Positions 1 to 8,769 are shown, numbered from the stretch's first letter. The stretch is DNA of 57,956 nt from Candidatus Aenigmatarchaeota archaeon (GCA_018304585.1 JAGVVY010000030.1:21434-79389); one strand, 5' to 3'. Translations and numbers: made by a program. The notes: generated by a model not told the origin, from the sequence alone.

Positions 1-1557
1 CAGTTTCTTGTACACGCCGTTTTCAAGTATCATTATGCTATGATCCTTGATGGGCAGCGCCGGGGATAGCGCAGCAGTTATGGTAGCGGTGTCCCCTGCA
101 TAAGCATCAGCGCCGTATATCCCGAGTGAAACGTCGATACCGTTTACCTTCCCGTTGACCAAAGCAGGCGTAGATTCGGATGAAGCAACCGGAGCCGTGC
201 CTGCTTCAGAAGCGGGTGATTGAGGTGAAGCGGCCTCGTCGGCCGGTGTCGTCTTTGCCTGCAAAGTTATCGTGAAGTCTATCTCCTGCCCGTGTGTTGT
301 TATGACGCACATAGGATACGGTTCTTTTACCCATGTATTGCAGTCAGGAGTGACATCGGCATAAATCCGCGTTCCGTCCTCAATGACCGCATATGCTGTG
401 ACGCTGTATTCCGAATCGGCAGGGAGTAAAGAGTCTTTGCCGGTATAAGGAAGTTCCATATTATTAGTAAAACCGTCATTATCTAGCTTAAAGTGGGTAG
501 TGGCAGCGAAACCACCCTTGGAAACATCCTTCGGGAGTATCAAGGCCGTCACCTCGGTATATTTACCCCCGTTTGCGATGAGTTTTACCGTGCCGTGCAC
601 ATGCCCGACTGACCATACGACTTTAACTACATCGCTTGACTTCAGAGGTTTGTACTCATAGTAGCCTTTTCCAACATCAACGCGTTCTACAGCGGCCCAG
701 AAACTTCTGGATCCAGCAGAATCGGATTTCACCAAAAGTTCGCAGCTTTTGCTTTGGCATTGCTTCACAACCTGAGTGCACGAAGTAGATGTCCTTCTAA
801 CAGCGAAATCACATGTGGAATCAAAAGGCAAGCGGGGGCTACCCAGTTCTATATCTTCATATATCCGTATCATATATCCGTTCGGGAGATTTTCTGTTTC
901 ACTGTCAATGATAGCTACTGCGACCACCGGTACCTCCTCGTCGGCTGCGGCCTCGCTTTTCGCGGAAATTCCGAACGAGCGTATATCCGGAGCCGGAGGT
1001 TCGCTGGCTGAGAAGAGCTTCCCGAGGTAGCAAAGCGGATTCCAGCCGCATCCTTGCTCCGGTGTGGCAATGGGCGCTACCGCCTGTTCCTTTTCAGGAG
1101 TAGGTTGCAACACTTTTATTCGGGCAGTTGCCACAGTGCTTGACCCGTATGCATTCTTCGAGCCGGCATATATCGTGCATTCGGTTCCTGCCCGGCATTT
1201 GTCGGATGAAACATCCATTCTTTTGTTCTCGCTGCATTCGCGGGTAGTGGTTTTGGTCGTCACGCCTCTTTTGTCCTCTATAATGTAATAGTAGCAATCA
1301 ACGGCATTGTCACTGTCCTGAATATCGAGTGAGAATCCTTCCCTTTTTTCCAGATAGGGTGACAGGCTTCCGCTGATTGTGGTTATAGGCTTTGAACCTA
1401 AAGAAACGATATCCTTTATCGCCTGTTCCATTTCAGAAGTCGCTATAGGGCTCGTGACCGTCAGATCGTTGCTTCTGAGAATGACGTTGCTGTCTCTGTC
1501 AACGATGGTTGCGGTGTAGATGTTCTGCGTTGCCGAAGGCTCCGTGATATCCACGGC
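1..1557 (-). CDS. Surface-protein modules, open to the left window edge; probably the frameshifted continuation of 1461..4409
   Basis: Codon-by-codon hand translation of the minus strand from ~1557 to 1 has no stop (VDITEPSATQNIYTATIVDRDSNVILRSNDLTVTSPIATSEMEQAIKD...EGFSLDIQDSDNAVDCYYYIIEDKRG...VNGKVNGIDVSLGIYGADAYAGDTATITAALSPALPIKD...). It is missing from the ORF track because no stop lies in the window. It has no signal peptide of its own and reuses modules found in the neighbouring giant proteins. Confidence 0.6.
57..99. repeat. 43-bp exact repeat, copy 1 (partner 1556..1598)
   Basis: gcgccggggatagcgcagcagttatggtagcggtgtcccctgc is identical at both sites. About 70 bp further on is ~80-85% similar. 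Encodes GDTATITAALSPA on the minus strand. Confidence 0.9.
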
Positions 1558-4409
1558 GCCGGGGATAGCGCAGCAGTTATGGTAGCGGTGTCCCCTGCCG
1601 TGGCATCGGCAGCATATATGCCGAGCGAAACGTCAAGGCCGTTCACTTTTCCGGCGACCGGAGCAGGCGTCGCTATAGGAACGACTTTTACAGTCAGGAT
1701 AGCAATTTCGCTTTCCCTGCCAAGTCTTTGCGATTTGGCAAGCATGTAACAAGTGCCGCCTACCGGGCATTTCTTTGGATCTATCTTGACCGGTATGTTG
1801 CATTTCCTTGGCGTGAAGCTGACGCCTTCAAAAGAGCGTGCCGCCCCGGCACCGCCGGATCTTCCGCCGCCAAAGCCTTGGAATTCAGTTTCTGTCAATA
1901 TGGCATAAGAACATGCGTCTGCATTCCTGTCCTGTACGTTGATTTCGCCGTTCGGCGTCGTTTCAACCGTTGCGTCTATCTGGCCTTCTATAGTCGTGAC
2001 AGGAACATCGGCCGGAATCGTTGTCGTAGTAGCGGCAAAAGGAGTATAAGTGCATCCTCCTTCGTCAGGATCGGGGTCGCAGTAGCCTGTTCTGCATTCT
2101 GAATTGCTCTTGCATTCCTGGCCAAGTTCCTTAAGCGTCTGCGTCCAAGTCACGACGGACACATCCTTGCTCTGGGCGACTGTCGTGCCCACGGCGTTAA
2201 GAACGGCGATGTAAAATCTCCTCGTCGCCGGCGTTGGGGAATATATAATCGTAGTGCATGTCCTGCTTGAGCATTCCGTTATTGATTTGCAGTTCGCAGA
2301 ATTGGAAGCATCGCACGGCTTTTCTCCCGACACTATCTCGTATATTTTTACTTTGTAGCCGTCCGGAAGCTGCGGGGATGCCACTACTATTCCGTATACG
2401 GTTGCAGTCGCGCCTACCGTCAAAGATGAACGCAGAGGCGCGATCCCGACTGAAGTTATTTCTCCGTAACTTGTCGGAGGAACTGCTGCGGCTGGAACGG
2501 TGGTAGTCGTGCTGCTTTTCGGAACCGTGGTTGTCGTCGCCGATAGGGAATACGCCTTGCAGGCATTGCCTTCGCAACCGTAGGAGCATGTTTGCCAGTC
2601 GATGTTCCTGCAGTCTGCAAAACGATAAAGAAGCTTGTTGCCCTCGCAATAATAGCCCGCGCTGCACGTCGCCGGCGTTGATGCGGCGGTGACCGTGACG
2701 GTCTTTGACGCACCCATCACTCTCCCGGCGCTGTCGTGCACGTAAAGATAATAAATATAAGTTCCGGTGGAAGGCTGGGTTATTGTCCATGACGTCGAAC
2801 ATGAGGTCTGGGTTCCCTCGCAAGCATACGTCTTTGCCAACGGGCCGCTTAGCTCGAGCTTGGCAACGTCCTTATCGTCCGTTCCTATGCCGATGAACGT
2901 GAATGGCTTGCCCGCTTCCGCAGTGGAAGGCGCGACTATCGTTGCTTTCGGTGGCTGGTCAACTGTTGATGCCACGGTAGTCGTGATCTCGCACCTTAGG
3001 CCCGAGCCGCACTGCGCGTCGGACGTGCAGAACGCGCCCCATCCGCCGGTGGCTATGGTCGTCGTGGTCGCGGGTGTTGATGGGGCGACAGATGCACATA
3101 TGCTTGAGCTTGTGACCCACGCGATGCCATCAGTCGTGGCATCTTCTGAACGCACGGTGGAACGAGGTATTCCCGCGCTCAGGCATTTTTTCTCCGTTAC
3201 GGACCAGCCGCACAAGGAGTATATCACGCAGCCCGCGCACGTCGTCGCGCGCGCGGCGCATTCGGTGTTTCTGACAGTAACAGGACTTGGAACTGTTGTT
3301 GTCGTCGCGGGAGCTACCGCCGGGCACATGCTCTTGGACGTTATCCACTGGGAGCCGGATGTGCTGCGGTCTTCCGATCGGGTAGTTGAACGCGGCACGC
3401 CGGCGCTCAGGCATTTCTGCTGTGATGTCGACCAGCCGCACAGCATGGACTCGACGCAGCCGCTGCACGACGAAGCATATCCCCTGCACAGCGAATTCCT
3501 GGCGTTGATTTCGACATCGGAGCCGCAGGCGGGATCGTAGCATTCGTTTGAGGTAACGTAAGTTTCCCCGCATGCTTCGGAACATACGCCGTCGTTCTTG
3601 AAGCTTGAATATGCGGAAGCCTGGCATTTCCAGCAGCCCGGCACCCCTGCGATTGTGGTCGTGGTAGTCGTAGTCGCGGGCACAGAAGCCGAAACAGTTA
3701 TAGTTATAGAGGAAGATATACCGTTGCCGGAAGCATCATTGACAAATCCGAGTACTGTGGTCGTGCCTAGCGGGAATTCAAGCTGGCTGAATTCTACCCT
3801 GCAGTACGTCTGGATGCCTGTGCAATCGTAATCTTCAGAATGGCCGTTATATAGAATCGAGAGCCTGGCGACATCCTTGTCGTCATTCCCTACTATGGTG
3901 ATTGACCCCCTTTCGCCGACTTTCAGTTCTTTCTTGGCCGCGTACATGGATATCGTAGGATTGGCGCTGTCGGGTATCGTGGTTGATGTAGGGCTTGCCT
4001 TGCAGGTTCCTGTCGCGGCATCGCAACCGTATGTGCAATAAGTATCAATAGTTTGCGAACAATCGAAGTTCTTCTTGTAGCGGTAATATCCGTCTGGGCC
4101 GCACAGATATTGCGGGCTGCATGTCTTTGCGGCGGCATTGTCCTCCTTGACGCAATATTTGACGCCAGAACCAGTGCCCAGATCTCTGCATACCAGCGGT
4201 ATGACTTCTGCAGTCATAGACGGATAATAGCCGCACTCAGCATCGCCGTCGCATTTGTAAGCGTAGGGCTTTGTACACGCATCATCAACCTTTCCGTCGG
4301 CAACGTCTCCGCAGGGATCGACTGCTGCAAATGACGGGGAAAATATAATGGCAACCAGAAAGAATGAAGCGAGAACCGCGATTTGTAAAATTCGCCGAGG
4401 AAACCGCAT
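1461..4409 (-). CDS. Secreted Cys-rich, Thr-linker surface protein (982 aa as annotated)
   Basis: ATG start and N-terminal signal-like peptide MRFPRRILQIAVLASFFLVAIIFSPSFAA. Repeated Cys-knot-like modules (YYC.G..YYR...C.YGC...C), poly-Thr linkers (TTTTV/IP) and IGIGTDDKD Ig-like repeats shared with 14929..20526. The last ~30 aa look out of frame. Confidence 0.8.
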   Translation of the reverse strand: MRFPRRILQIAVLASFFLVAIIFSPSFAAVDPCGDVADGKVDDACTKPYAYKCDGDAECGYYPSMTAEVIPLVCRDLGTGSGVKYCVKEDNAAAKTCSPQYLCGPDGYYRYKKNFDCSQTIDTYCTYGCDAATGTCKASPTSTTIPDSANPTISMYAAKKELKVGERGSITIVGNDDKDVARLSILYNGHSEDYDCTGIQTYCRVEFSQLEFPLGTTTVLGFVNDASGNGISSSITITVSASVPATTTTTTTIAGVPGCWKCQASAYSSFKNDGVCSEACGETYVTSNECYDPACGSDVEINARNSLCRGYASSCSGCVESMLCGWSTSQQKCLSAGVPRSTTRSEDRSTSGSQWITSKSMCPAVAPATTTTVPSPVTVRNTECAARATTCAGCVIYSLCGWSVTEKKCLSAGIPRSTVRSEDATTDGIAWVTSSSICASVAPSTPATTTTIATGGWGAFCTSDAQCGSGLRCEITTTVASTVDQPPKATIVAPSTAEAGKPFTFIGIGTDDKDVAKLELSGPLAKTYACEGTQTSCSTSWTITQPSTGTYIYYLYVHDSAGRVMGASKTVTVTAASTPATCSAGYYCEGNKLLYRFADCRNIDWQTCSYGCEGNACKAYSLSATTTTVPKSSTTTTVPAAAVPPTSYGEITSVGIAPLRSSLTVGATATVYGIVVASPQLPDGYKVKIYEIVSGEKPCDASNSANCKSITECSSRTCTTIIYSPTPATRRFYIAVLNAVGTTVAQSKDVSVVTWTQTLKELGQECKSNSECRTGYCDPDPDEGGCTYTPFAATTTTIPADVPVTTIEGQIDATVETTPNGEINVQDRNADACSYAILTETEFQGFGGGRSGGAGAARSFEGVSFTPRKCNIPVKIDPKKCPVGGTCYMLAKSQRLGRESEIAILTVKVVPIATPAPVAGKVNGLDVSLGIYAADATAGDTATITAALSPAPWISRSLRQRRTSTPQPSLTETATSFSEATI
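1556..1598. repeat. 43-bp exact repeat, copy 2 (partner 57..99)
   Basis: Same 43-mer. The reading-frame break of the giant gene lies within a few nt of its low-coordinate edge (~1550-1558). Confidence 0.9.
2887..2985. repeat. 99-bp exact repeat, copy 1 (partner 20438..20536)
   Basis: atgccgatgaacgtgaatggcttgcccgcttccgcagtggaaggcgcgactatcgttgctttcggtggctggtcaactgttgatgccacggtagtcgtg, compared base by base. Flanks are only ~85-90% identical. Confidence 0.9.
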
Positions 4410-4440
4410 GGTTAATAATGCCTGAGGCCGAATAAATAGT

Positions 4441-4995
4441 TTACTTGGGTAGCTTGACCTTCAGTCCCCTGAGCTTCTTCTCAAGCTTCTCAACGGCGTC
4501 CTTGACTGCGGCAAGGCTCTTGGCGCCTGCACATACAACGCGGCCCGACGAGAACAGGAGGAACGCTACTTTGGGGTCGGGTATTCTGTATACAAGCCCC
4601 GGGAACTGCTCAGGCTCGTATTCGCTGTCCTCAAGCTGGAATGCAAGCTGGTCCAGGTTCAGTTCCGCGCCCAAGTCAATGGCAACAACTATGTTTTCTA
4701 TCTTGACTTTGAGCTTCGTTTCGTCAACGCGCAGGCCTATTTTTTTTATCTTGCCGACGACGATCTGCAGGGCCTCTTTCGCTGCATTGGTGCTTCTTGC
4801 GCCTACACATATGATCTTGCCGGACCGGAAAATAAGGGTAGCGACCTTCGGGTTGTCCAATCTGTATACAAGCCCCGGGAACTGCTCAGGCTCGTATTCA
4901 GAGGCTTCCATTATGGTCAAAAGCTTGTCAAGGGAAATTATTTTGTCTATCTGGGTGGAAGCGACTACGTTCTCAACTTTTATTTTTACAGCCAT
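4441..4995 (-). CDS. tbp: TATA-box binding protein
   Basis: Two internal repeats, each with YEPEQFPGLVYR and F.SGK/R..C.GA.S. Start taken at MAVKIKVENVV. Confidence 0.95.
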   Translation of the reverse strand: MAVKIKVENVVASTQIDKIISLDKLLTIMEASEYEPEQFPGLVYRLDNPKVATLIFRSGKIICVGARSTNAAKEALQIVVGKIKKIGLRVDETKLKVKIENIVVAIDLGAELNLDQLAFQLEDSEYEPEQFPGLVYRIPDPKVAFLLFSSGRVVCAGAKSLAAVKDAVEKLEKKLRGLKVKLPK

Positions 4996-5065
4996 GATAT
5001 CCCCAGAACTTCGCGCAGAGCGCACGATATTACTTTTTATATGATATGAAGTATTTAAATACTAA

Positions 5066-5449
5066 ATGCTCTATCGCAGCGTTTTTCGGATAGCCATGGG
5101 CAAAGGCATGAGTCATGCCGACATCACGGGCCGCGTCAATGCGTCAATAGCGCAATCCGGCATACAGGACGGGCTGTGCTCGGTATTCGCCGCTTCGCCG
5201 CTGTGCGGGATAATGGCGGGCGAAACGCACAAGCTGCTGATGGAGGATTTCAAGAATTTCTTCCGGGCCGTTGATGAAAAAAAGATATACGCTTATCCCG
5301 GCGCCGCGTATTCCCACATAAGGGCTTCCATGCTGCCGCGCGACATCAATGTTCCCCTTTCGGGAGGCAGGATTTCTGCAAGCGCGATAATACTATGGGA
5401 GTTCGGCGAAGGGGGGGAGCGGGAAATCGTGGTAACTATTTTATTTTAG
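5066..5449 (+). CDS. Divergent YjbQ/UPF0047-like protein
   Basis: The C-terminal pattern SHIRASMLPRDINVPLSGGRI...W.F...G.RE.VVTI resembles the YjbQ family. The N-terminal HTTA motif is not conserved. The start may instead be the downstream ATG at ~5096. Confidence 0.45.
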   Translation: MLYRSVFRIAMGKGMSHADITGRVNASIAQSGIQDGLCSVFAASPLCGIMAGETHKLLMEDFKNFFRAVDEKKIYAYPGAAYSHIRASMLPRDINVPLSGGRISASAIILWEFGEGGEREIVVTILF

Positions 5450-5498
5450 TCGCGCTATGCTCATAAACTTGAGTTAACATATATTAAGTGTGGTTTAG

Positions 5499-6037
5499 AT
5501 GCATAAACTAAAGTTAACGCTGTTGCAGCAGGAAATACTCCACTTCTTTTTCACAAACGCCGGAGAGTCATTCAACGCAAGGCAGTTAGCTATGTATTGG
5601 GCGTGAGCCAGCCGGCCGTCATGAAGGCCGCCTCCCAGAGCTTAAAAAGCGGGAATTCGTCCGTGTTCTCAGGGATCGATCATCAAAAAGATTTTCAATT
5701 GCATTGAATAGGGAAAATCCTCTTGTCATAGGAATGAAAAGAGGGGACAACATACGGTCAGTATATGAATCGGGTCTTGCCGAATTTCTCAGGGAACGGT
5801 TTCCGGGATGTGCAGTGATAGTATTCGGAAGCTTCGCTAAAGGCGAAGACACAAAAAATCGGACATTGATATAGCGGTGATAGGCAGCAAGGGCAAGGCG
5901 CTTGATTTGCAAGATTTTGAAAAAAACTGATGAAGGAAATAAGAATCAATTTTTACAGCTCCTTTAAGAAAATGCATAATGAACTTAAAGGAAGTATATT
6001 AGGAGGGCTTCTCCTCTCGGGATGGATAGAGCTATGA
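5499..6037 (+). pseudogene. Decayed HTH + minimal nucleotidyltransferase (MNT-type antitoxin-like) gene
   Basis: Joining four frames gives MHKLKLTLLQQEILHFFFTNAGESFNARQLA/LGVSQPAVMKAASQ/LKKREFVRVLRDRSSKRFSIALNRENPLVIGMKRGDNIRSVYESGLAEFLRERFPGCAVIVFGSFAKGEDTKN/SDIDIAVIGSKGKALDLQDFEK/LMKEIRINFYSS...SGWIEL*. Frame changes fall at ~5596, the A5 run 5644-5648, the A6 run 5853-5858 and the A7 run 5920-5926. GSxxxGE...DIDI is the NTase signature. Confidence 0.6.
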
Positions 6038-6456
6038 TGCCTTTGAGGCTATTCGGTGAATATTTGAGAGAGGGAACCGTGAGAAAGCAGTCGCCGGACA
6101 AGCTCAGGGCCAGATCGTTATTGCTGGAATCCAAGGATTCGTACAAAATACTTCTTTCTATAGCGGCCGAGATGGGAGTCAACGATGACAACGCAAATCA
6201 TGTAATAAAGAACGCATATGACATAGTGATGGAGCTTATCCGAGCAAAAATGCTTATGGACGGATTCGCCACCACAGGGAAAGGGGCGCATGAAGCGGAA
6301 GTGTCTTACATGACGATGATAGGAGTGAGCCTAAAGGATGTGGATTTTGCGAACGAAGTACGGTATTTCAGAAACGGCATTATGGGAAGAAATTTGACAA
6401 GGAATATGCTGGTAAAGTCCTCGGGTTTCTCGAAAGAATATATCCAACACTCGTAA
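6022..6456 (+). CDS. HEPN-domain-like protein, partner of the decayed NTase; C-terminus apparently frameshifted
   Basis: Helical ~140-aa protein. An ATG at 6034 overlaps the restored NTase stop (ctATGAtg). After ...VRYFRNGI the +1 frame reads YGKKFDKEYAGKVLGFLERIYPTLVKSIGIA*, more protein-like than the annotated tail. Confidence 0.5.
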   Translation: MDRAMMPLRLFGEYLREGTVRKQSPDKLRARSLLLESKDSYKILLSIAAEMGVNDDNANHVIKNAYDIVMELIRAKMLMDGFATTGKGAHEAEVSYMTMIGVSLKDVDFANEVRYFRNGIMGRNLTRNMLVKSSGFSKEYIQHS

Positions 6457-6646
6457 AAAGCATCGGCATCGCGTAGTCTGCGTGGCATCCATCAGGGCGC
6501 GTTATATAGATAATTACGAAAATTAGATGATATATAAGCAGTTATCTATTGCAAACTGTGGCGTGTTATATAATCCAAGTGGCATAGTTATCTATACATA
6601 TATCCTAGTGTAATCGTCCGATGTCCGAAGCTATGTGCACAAAAGC

Positions 6647-7219
6647 CTATTCTTTTTGGGATGCCTGTTTATTCGTCATGAACCATTCGGCGAACTTCCT
6701 TGCGGCCAGCGCCCTGTGCGATATTCTATTCTTCTCGTCCGCGGCCATGCAAGAAACAATCTTGTCTTTTCCTTGGGGAACAAAAATCCTCTCGTACGGC
6801 AGGCCCTTCCTGGCGTCATGCCCCGGATTCTCGGTTATCCGCCCTTTCATCTCGCCGTGAAACAATTTCATTTCAGACGCATCGATATAACACATGACGG
6901 TGCGGAATTCCGCGTCCCGCGGCTTCCCTTCAAGGGTTTTCATAATGCCGTCAAAGCCTAATTCCTGAAAAACCCGCTTTGCTTTATGGCCGGGAAAATT
7001 ATCGCATGCCGTGAAGAATATGCCCGTGTCGTCAACTATCAGGGGCTTCTTTATGGCAGAATACGCCTCACGCGCCTTCAGTTGCGCTATTTCTTCAAGC
7101 GAGCCGCCTTTTTCATCTGTTTCCAGGCCGGCCTGCTCGGACTCTATACCGTATTCACGCAGAACAGAAGAAATCTCGGAGTACTTGTCCTTGTTGCCGG
7201 TGACTACGGATATTTTCAT
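6647..7219 (-). CDS. Non-canonical purine NTP pyrophosphatase (Ham1/RdgB/ITPase family)
   Basis: MKISVVTGNKDK...EE.A..KA......KP.IVDDTG.F....FPG...KR...RTVMCY......F.GE..G.I...P.G...G..Y..IF.P......S.RA.A..KF. Confidence 0.9.
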   Translation of the reverse strand: MKISVVTGNKDKYSEISSVLREYGIESEQAGLETDEKGGSLEEIAQLKAREAYSAIKKPLIVDDTGIFFTACDNFPGHKAKRVFQELGFDGIMKTLEGKPRDAEFRTVMCYIDASEMKLFHGEMKGRITENPGHDARKGLPYERIFVPQGKDKIVSCMAADEKNRISHRALAARKFAEWFMTNKQASQKE

Positions 7220-7275
7220 ATATTGCCCCCAATATTCGCGAGATTCTTTATTTGATCTATAAAAATGTTGCCGGT

Positions 7276-7310
7276 GACGACGAGTATCTTCATATGTTGT
7301 CCCGTTTTAT
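7276..7310. repeat. 35-bp exact direct repeat, copy 1 (partner 7350..7384)
   Basis: gacgacgagtatcttcatatgttgtcccgttttat. On the minus strand it contains a ghost ...KRDNI* stop overlapped by ATGAAGATACTCGTCGTC (MKILVV). Confidence 0.9.
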
Positions 7311-7349
7311 CGCTGTTGAAGGCCGATGAAACATAAGCTTCAATAAAAA

Positions 7350-7384
7350 GACGACGAGTATCTTCATATGTTGTCCCGTTTTAT
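7350..7384. repeat. 35-bp exact direct repeat, copy 2; includes the real prs stop codon
   Basis: Same 35-mer, 74 bp from copy 1. Confidence 0.9.
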
Positions 7385-8224
7385 GGCTTCAGTAATCATG
7401 CCCGCCGTCGGGATGACGGAAAGTGCGGAGTCGACCGTGTCACAGGCAAAGAAACCGTCGGCTTCCTTGGAAACGTTGAATATGCCCCTTTGTGTTATGG
7501 GATGCACGACTGCGCATTGTATGCGCCGTGCCCCTGCCTCCCGCGCGAGCCGAAGCGCATTGAGCATAGTTTTACCCGAACTCACTATGTCGTCAACTAT
7601 TATAACCTCCCGGCCCCGCGCATCAAGGTTGCCTGCATCCGTGATGATTTCGCCGGTTCCCCTGTCTCGCGTCTTTCTCATGACAGCGACGTCGCCCTCT
7701 ATTTCGCGGGCAACCGTCTGCGCGCCGCGCGCGGCCTTCTCGTCCGGCGCTATGACGAGCGCACCTTTGGCGCCTGCGGAAAAGAAATATCTGCCTATAG
7801 CCACGAAGCCGTCTATGTTCTTCACCGCGCCGAAATCGTTGCGGGTATGGCTCTCCACGACGTATATCTTCCCGGCGCCGGCGTGCCTGAGAAGATCGAC
7901 GATGTATTTTGCAGAGAAGGGCTCGCCCTCCCTGAATGCCTTGTCCTGCCTGCTGTAAACGAAATAGGGCATGACCACGTCCACCGTTTCGGCGCCCATG
8001 TCCTTGAGGGTGTTTATTTCCAGAAGAAGCTCAATAACATAGGCATTAGGATCGACAGGTACTTTCATCCTTTCGATAAGCACTACTTTGCCGGAAAACT
8101 CGGTCTTCAAAAACCTGGGCCTGACTTCAAAATCGGGAAAGACCGTCTTTTCTATGGAGACAAATTCACAATTAAGTAATGTGGCGATGGTCTCAGCAAA
8201 ATTATCTGAGCCGCAGACCTGCAT
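7364..8224 (-). CDS. prs: Ribose-phosphate pyrophosphokinase
   Basis: VVMPYFVYSRQDK and the PRPP-binding loop VIIVDDIVSSGKTM. Confidence 0.9.
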   Translation of the reverse strand: MQVCGSDNFAETIATLLNCEFVSIEKTVFPDFEVRPRFLKTEFSGKVVLIERMKVPVDPNAYVIELLLEINTLKDMGAETVDVVMPYFVYSRQDKAFREGEPFSAKYIVDLLRHAGAGKIYVVESHTRNDFGAVKNIDGFVAIGRYFFSAGAKGALVIAPDEKAARGAQTVAREIEGDVAVMRKTRDRGTGEIITDAGNLDARGREVIIVDDIVSSGKTMLNALRLAREAGARRIQCAVVHPITQRGIFNVSKEADGFFACDTVDSALSVIPTAGMITEAIKRDNI

Positions 8225-8225
8225 A

Positions 8226-8384
8226 TTAAGGACCCTTGAAACCGCATTTCGTGCACGCGTACTCGCTGTTTCTCCTCCTGCATTTTATGCACCTGACGAC
8301 CTCTTCTTCCATACAGGAAGGGCACGGAAACTTCGTGAATTTGTCTTCCGAAACGAGGTTTATGTGGCACGATACGCATTTCAT
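8226..8384 (-). CDS. Small Zn-ribbon protein (52 aa; four CxxC pairs)
   Basis: Hand-translated as MKCVSCHINLVSEDKFTKFPCPSCMEEEVVRCIKCRRRNSEYACTKCGFKGP*. Its stop lies 1 nt before the prs start. It resembles archaeal COG2888-type zinc-ribbon proteins. Under 60 aa, so absent from the track. Confidence 0.6.
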   Translation of the reverse strand: MKCVSCHINLVSEDKFTKFPCPSCMEEEVVRCIKCRRRNSEYACTKCGFKGP

Positions 8385-8642
8385 GACTATCAGAACATAG
8401 ATGAAGATAATCTTTTTAACGGTATCGCCGTAGCATAAAGAGCAAGTGAAATATGGTTAGAGAACGAGAATAGAGCAGTCCGTGGGGCTTTGTTGAAAAT
8501 TCCACCAATGCCACAAGGGCTTTGGTATTGGTTCATCTGGTCGCATTATATTAAAGAACCATTTATTTAACAAAGCCGTTCCGTGGGGTTAAGTATAAAA
8601 TCATGGCATTCTAAAAGTTTACAATAGCCTTAATTAGAGGCA

Positions 8643-8769
8643 GCCCTTGTAGTCTAGCTTGGATAGGACGAGAGCTTGCGGAATGCCCGTCCCGTAATAT
8701 GGGATGCGACTCGCGAAGCGAGGGCATTGCGAATAGCTTTAGACCCGGGTTCGAATCCCGGCGGGGGCA
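8643..8769 (+). tRNA. tRNA-Arg(GCG) with a 53-nt intron (8682..8734) at the canonical 37/38 position
   Basis: Acceptor GCCCTTG/CGGGGGC (two GU pairs); D stem GTCT/GGAC; anticodon stem AGAGC/GCTTT; loop TTGCGG|A; T arm CCGGG-TTCGAAT-CCCGG; discriminator A; no encoded CCA. BHB: 4-bp helix UUGC(8676-79)/GCGA(8729-32), flanked by bulges GG|A (8680-82) and AU|A (8733-35), with outer helix AUGCCC/GGGCAU. Confidence 0.8.

Noticed and set aside
2767-3540. Long plus-strand ORFs antisense to the giant surface gene (2767..3540, 1728..2102 and others), and similar shadow ORFs elsewhere: 21005..21841, 22361..23197, 23101..23898, 38599..39846, 34242..34994, 33712..34218, 12195..12770, 7490..8179.
   Set aside because: Each lies fully inside a gene on the opposite strand that has clear family motifs. 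Their translations are Arg/His/Cys/Pro-rich and low-complexity, typical of antisense frames.
6457-6646. AT-rich intergenic region with repeated gttatata and agttatcta words and a tccaagtggca element faintly resembling an archaeal ORB core. Considered as a replication origin.
   Set aside because: The repeats are short and irregularly spaced, the ORB resemblance is weak, and no cdc6/orc1 gene is nearby. These are more likely ordinary promoter and terminator sequences for the flanking convergent and divergent genes.
8385-8642. Possible small ncRNA upstream of tRNA-Arg: hairpins GGCTTTGTTGAAA/TTTAACAAAGCC and CCAATGCC...GGTATTGG, and a repeated CCGTGGGG.
   Set aside because: No C/D or H/ACA boxes and no known RNA family were recognisable by eye. 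Without covariation or expression data this cannot be distinguished from promoter-region structure.
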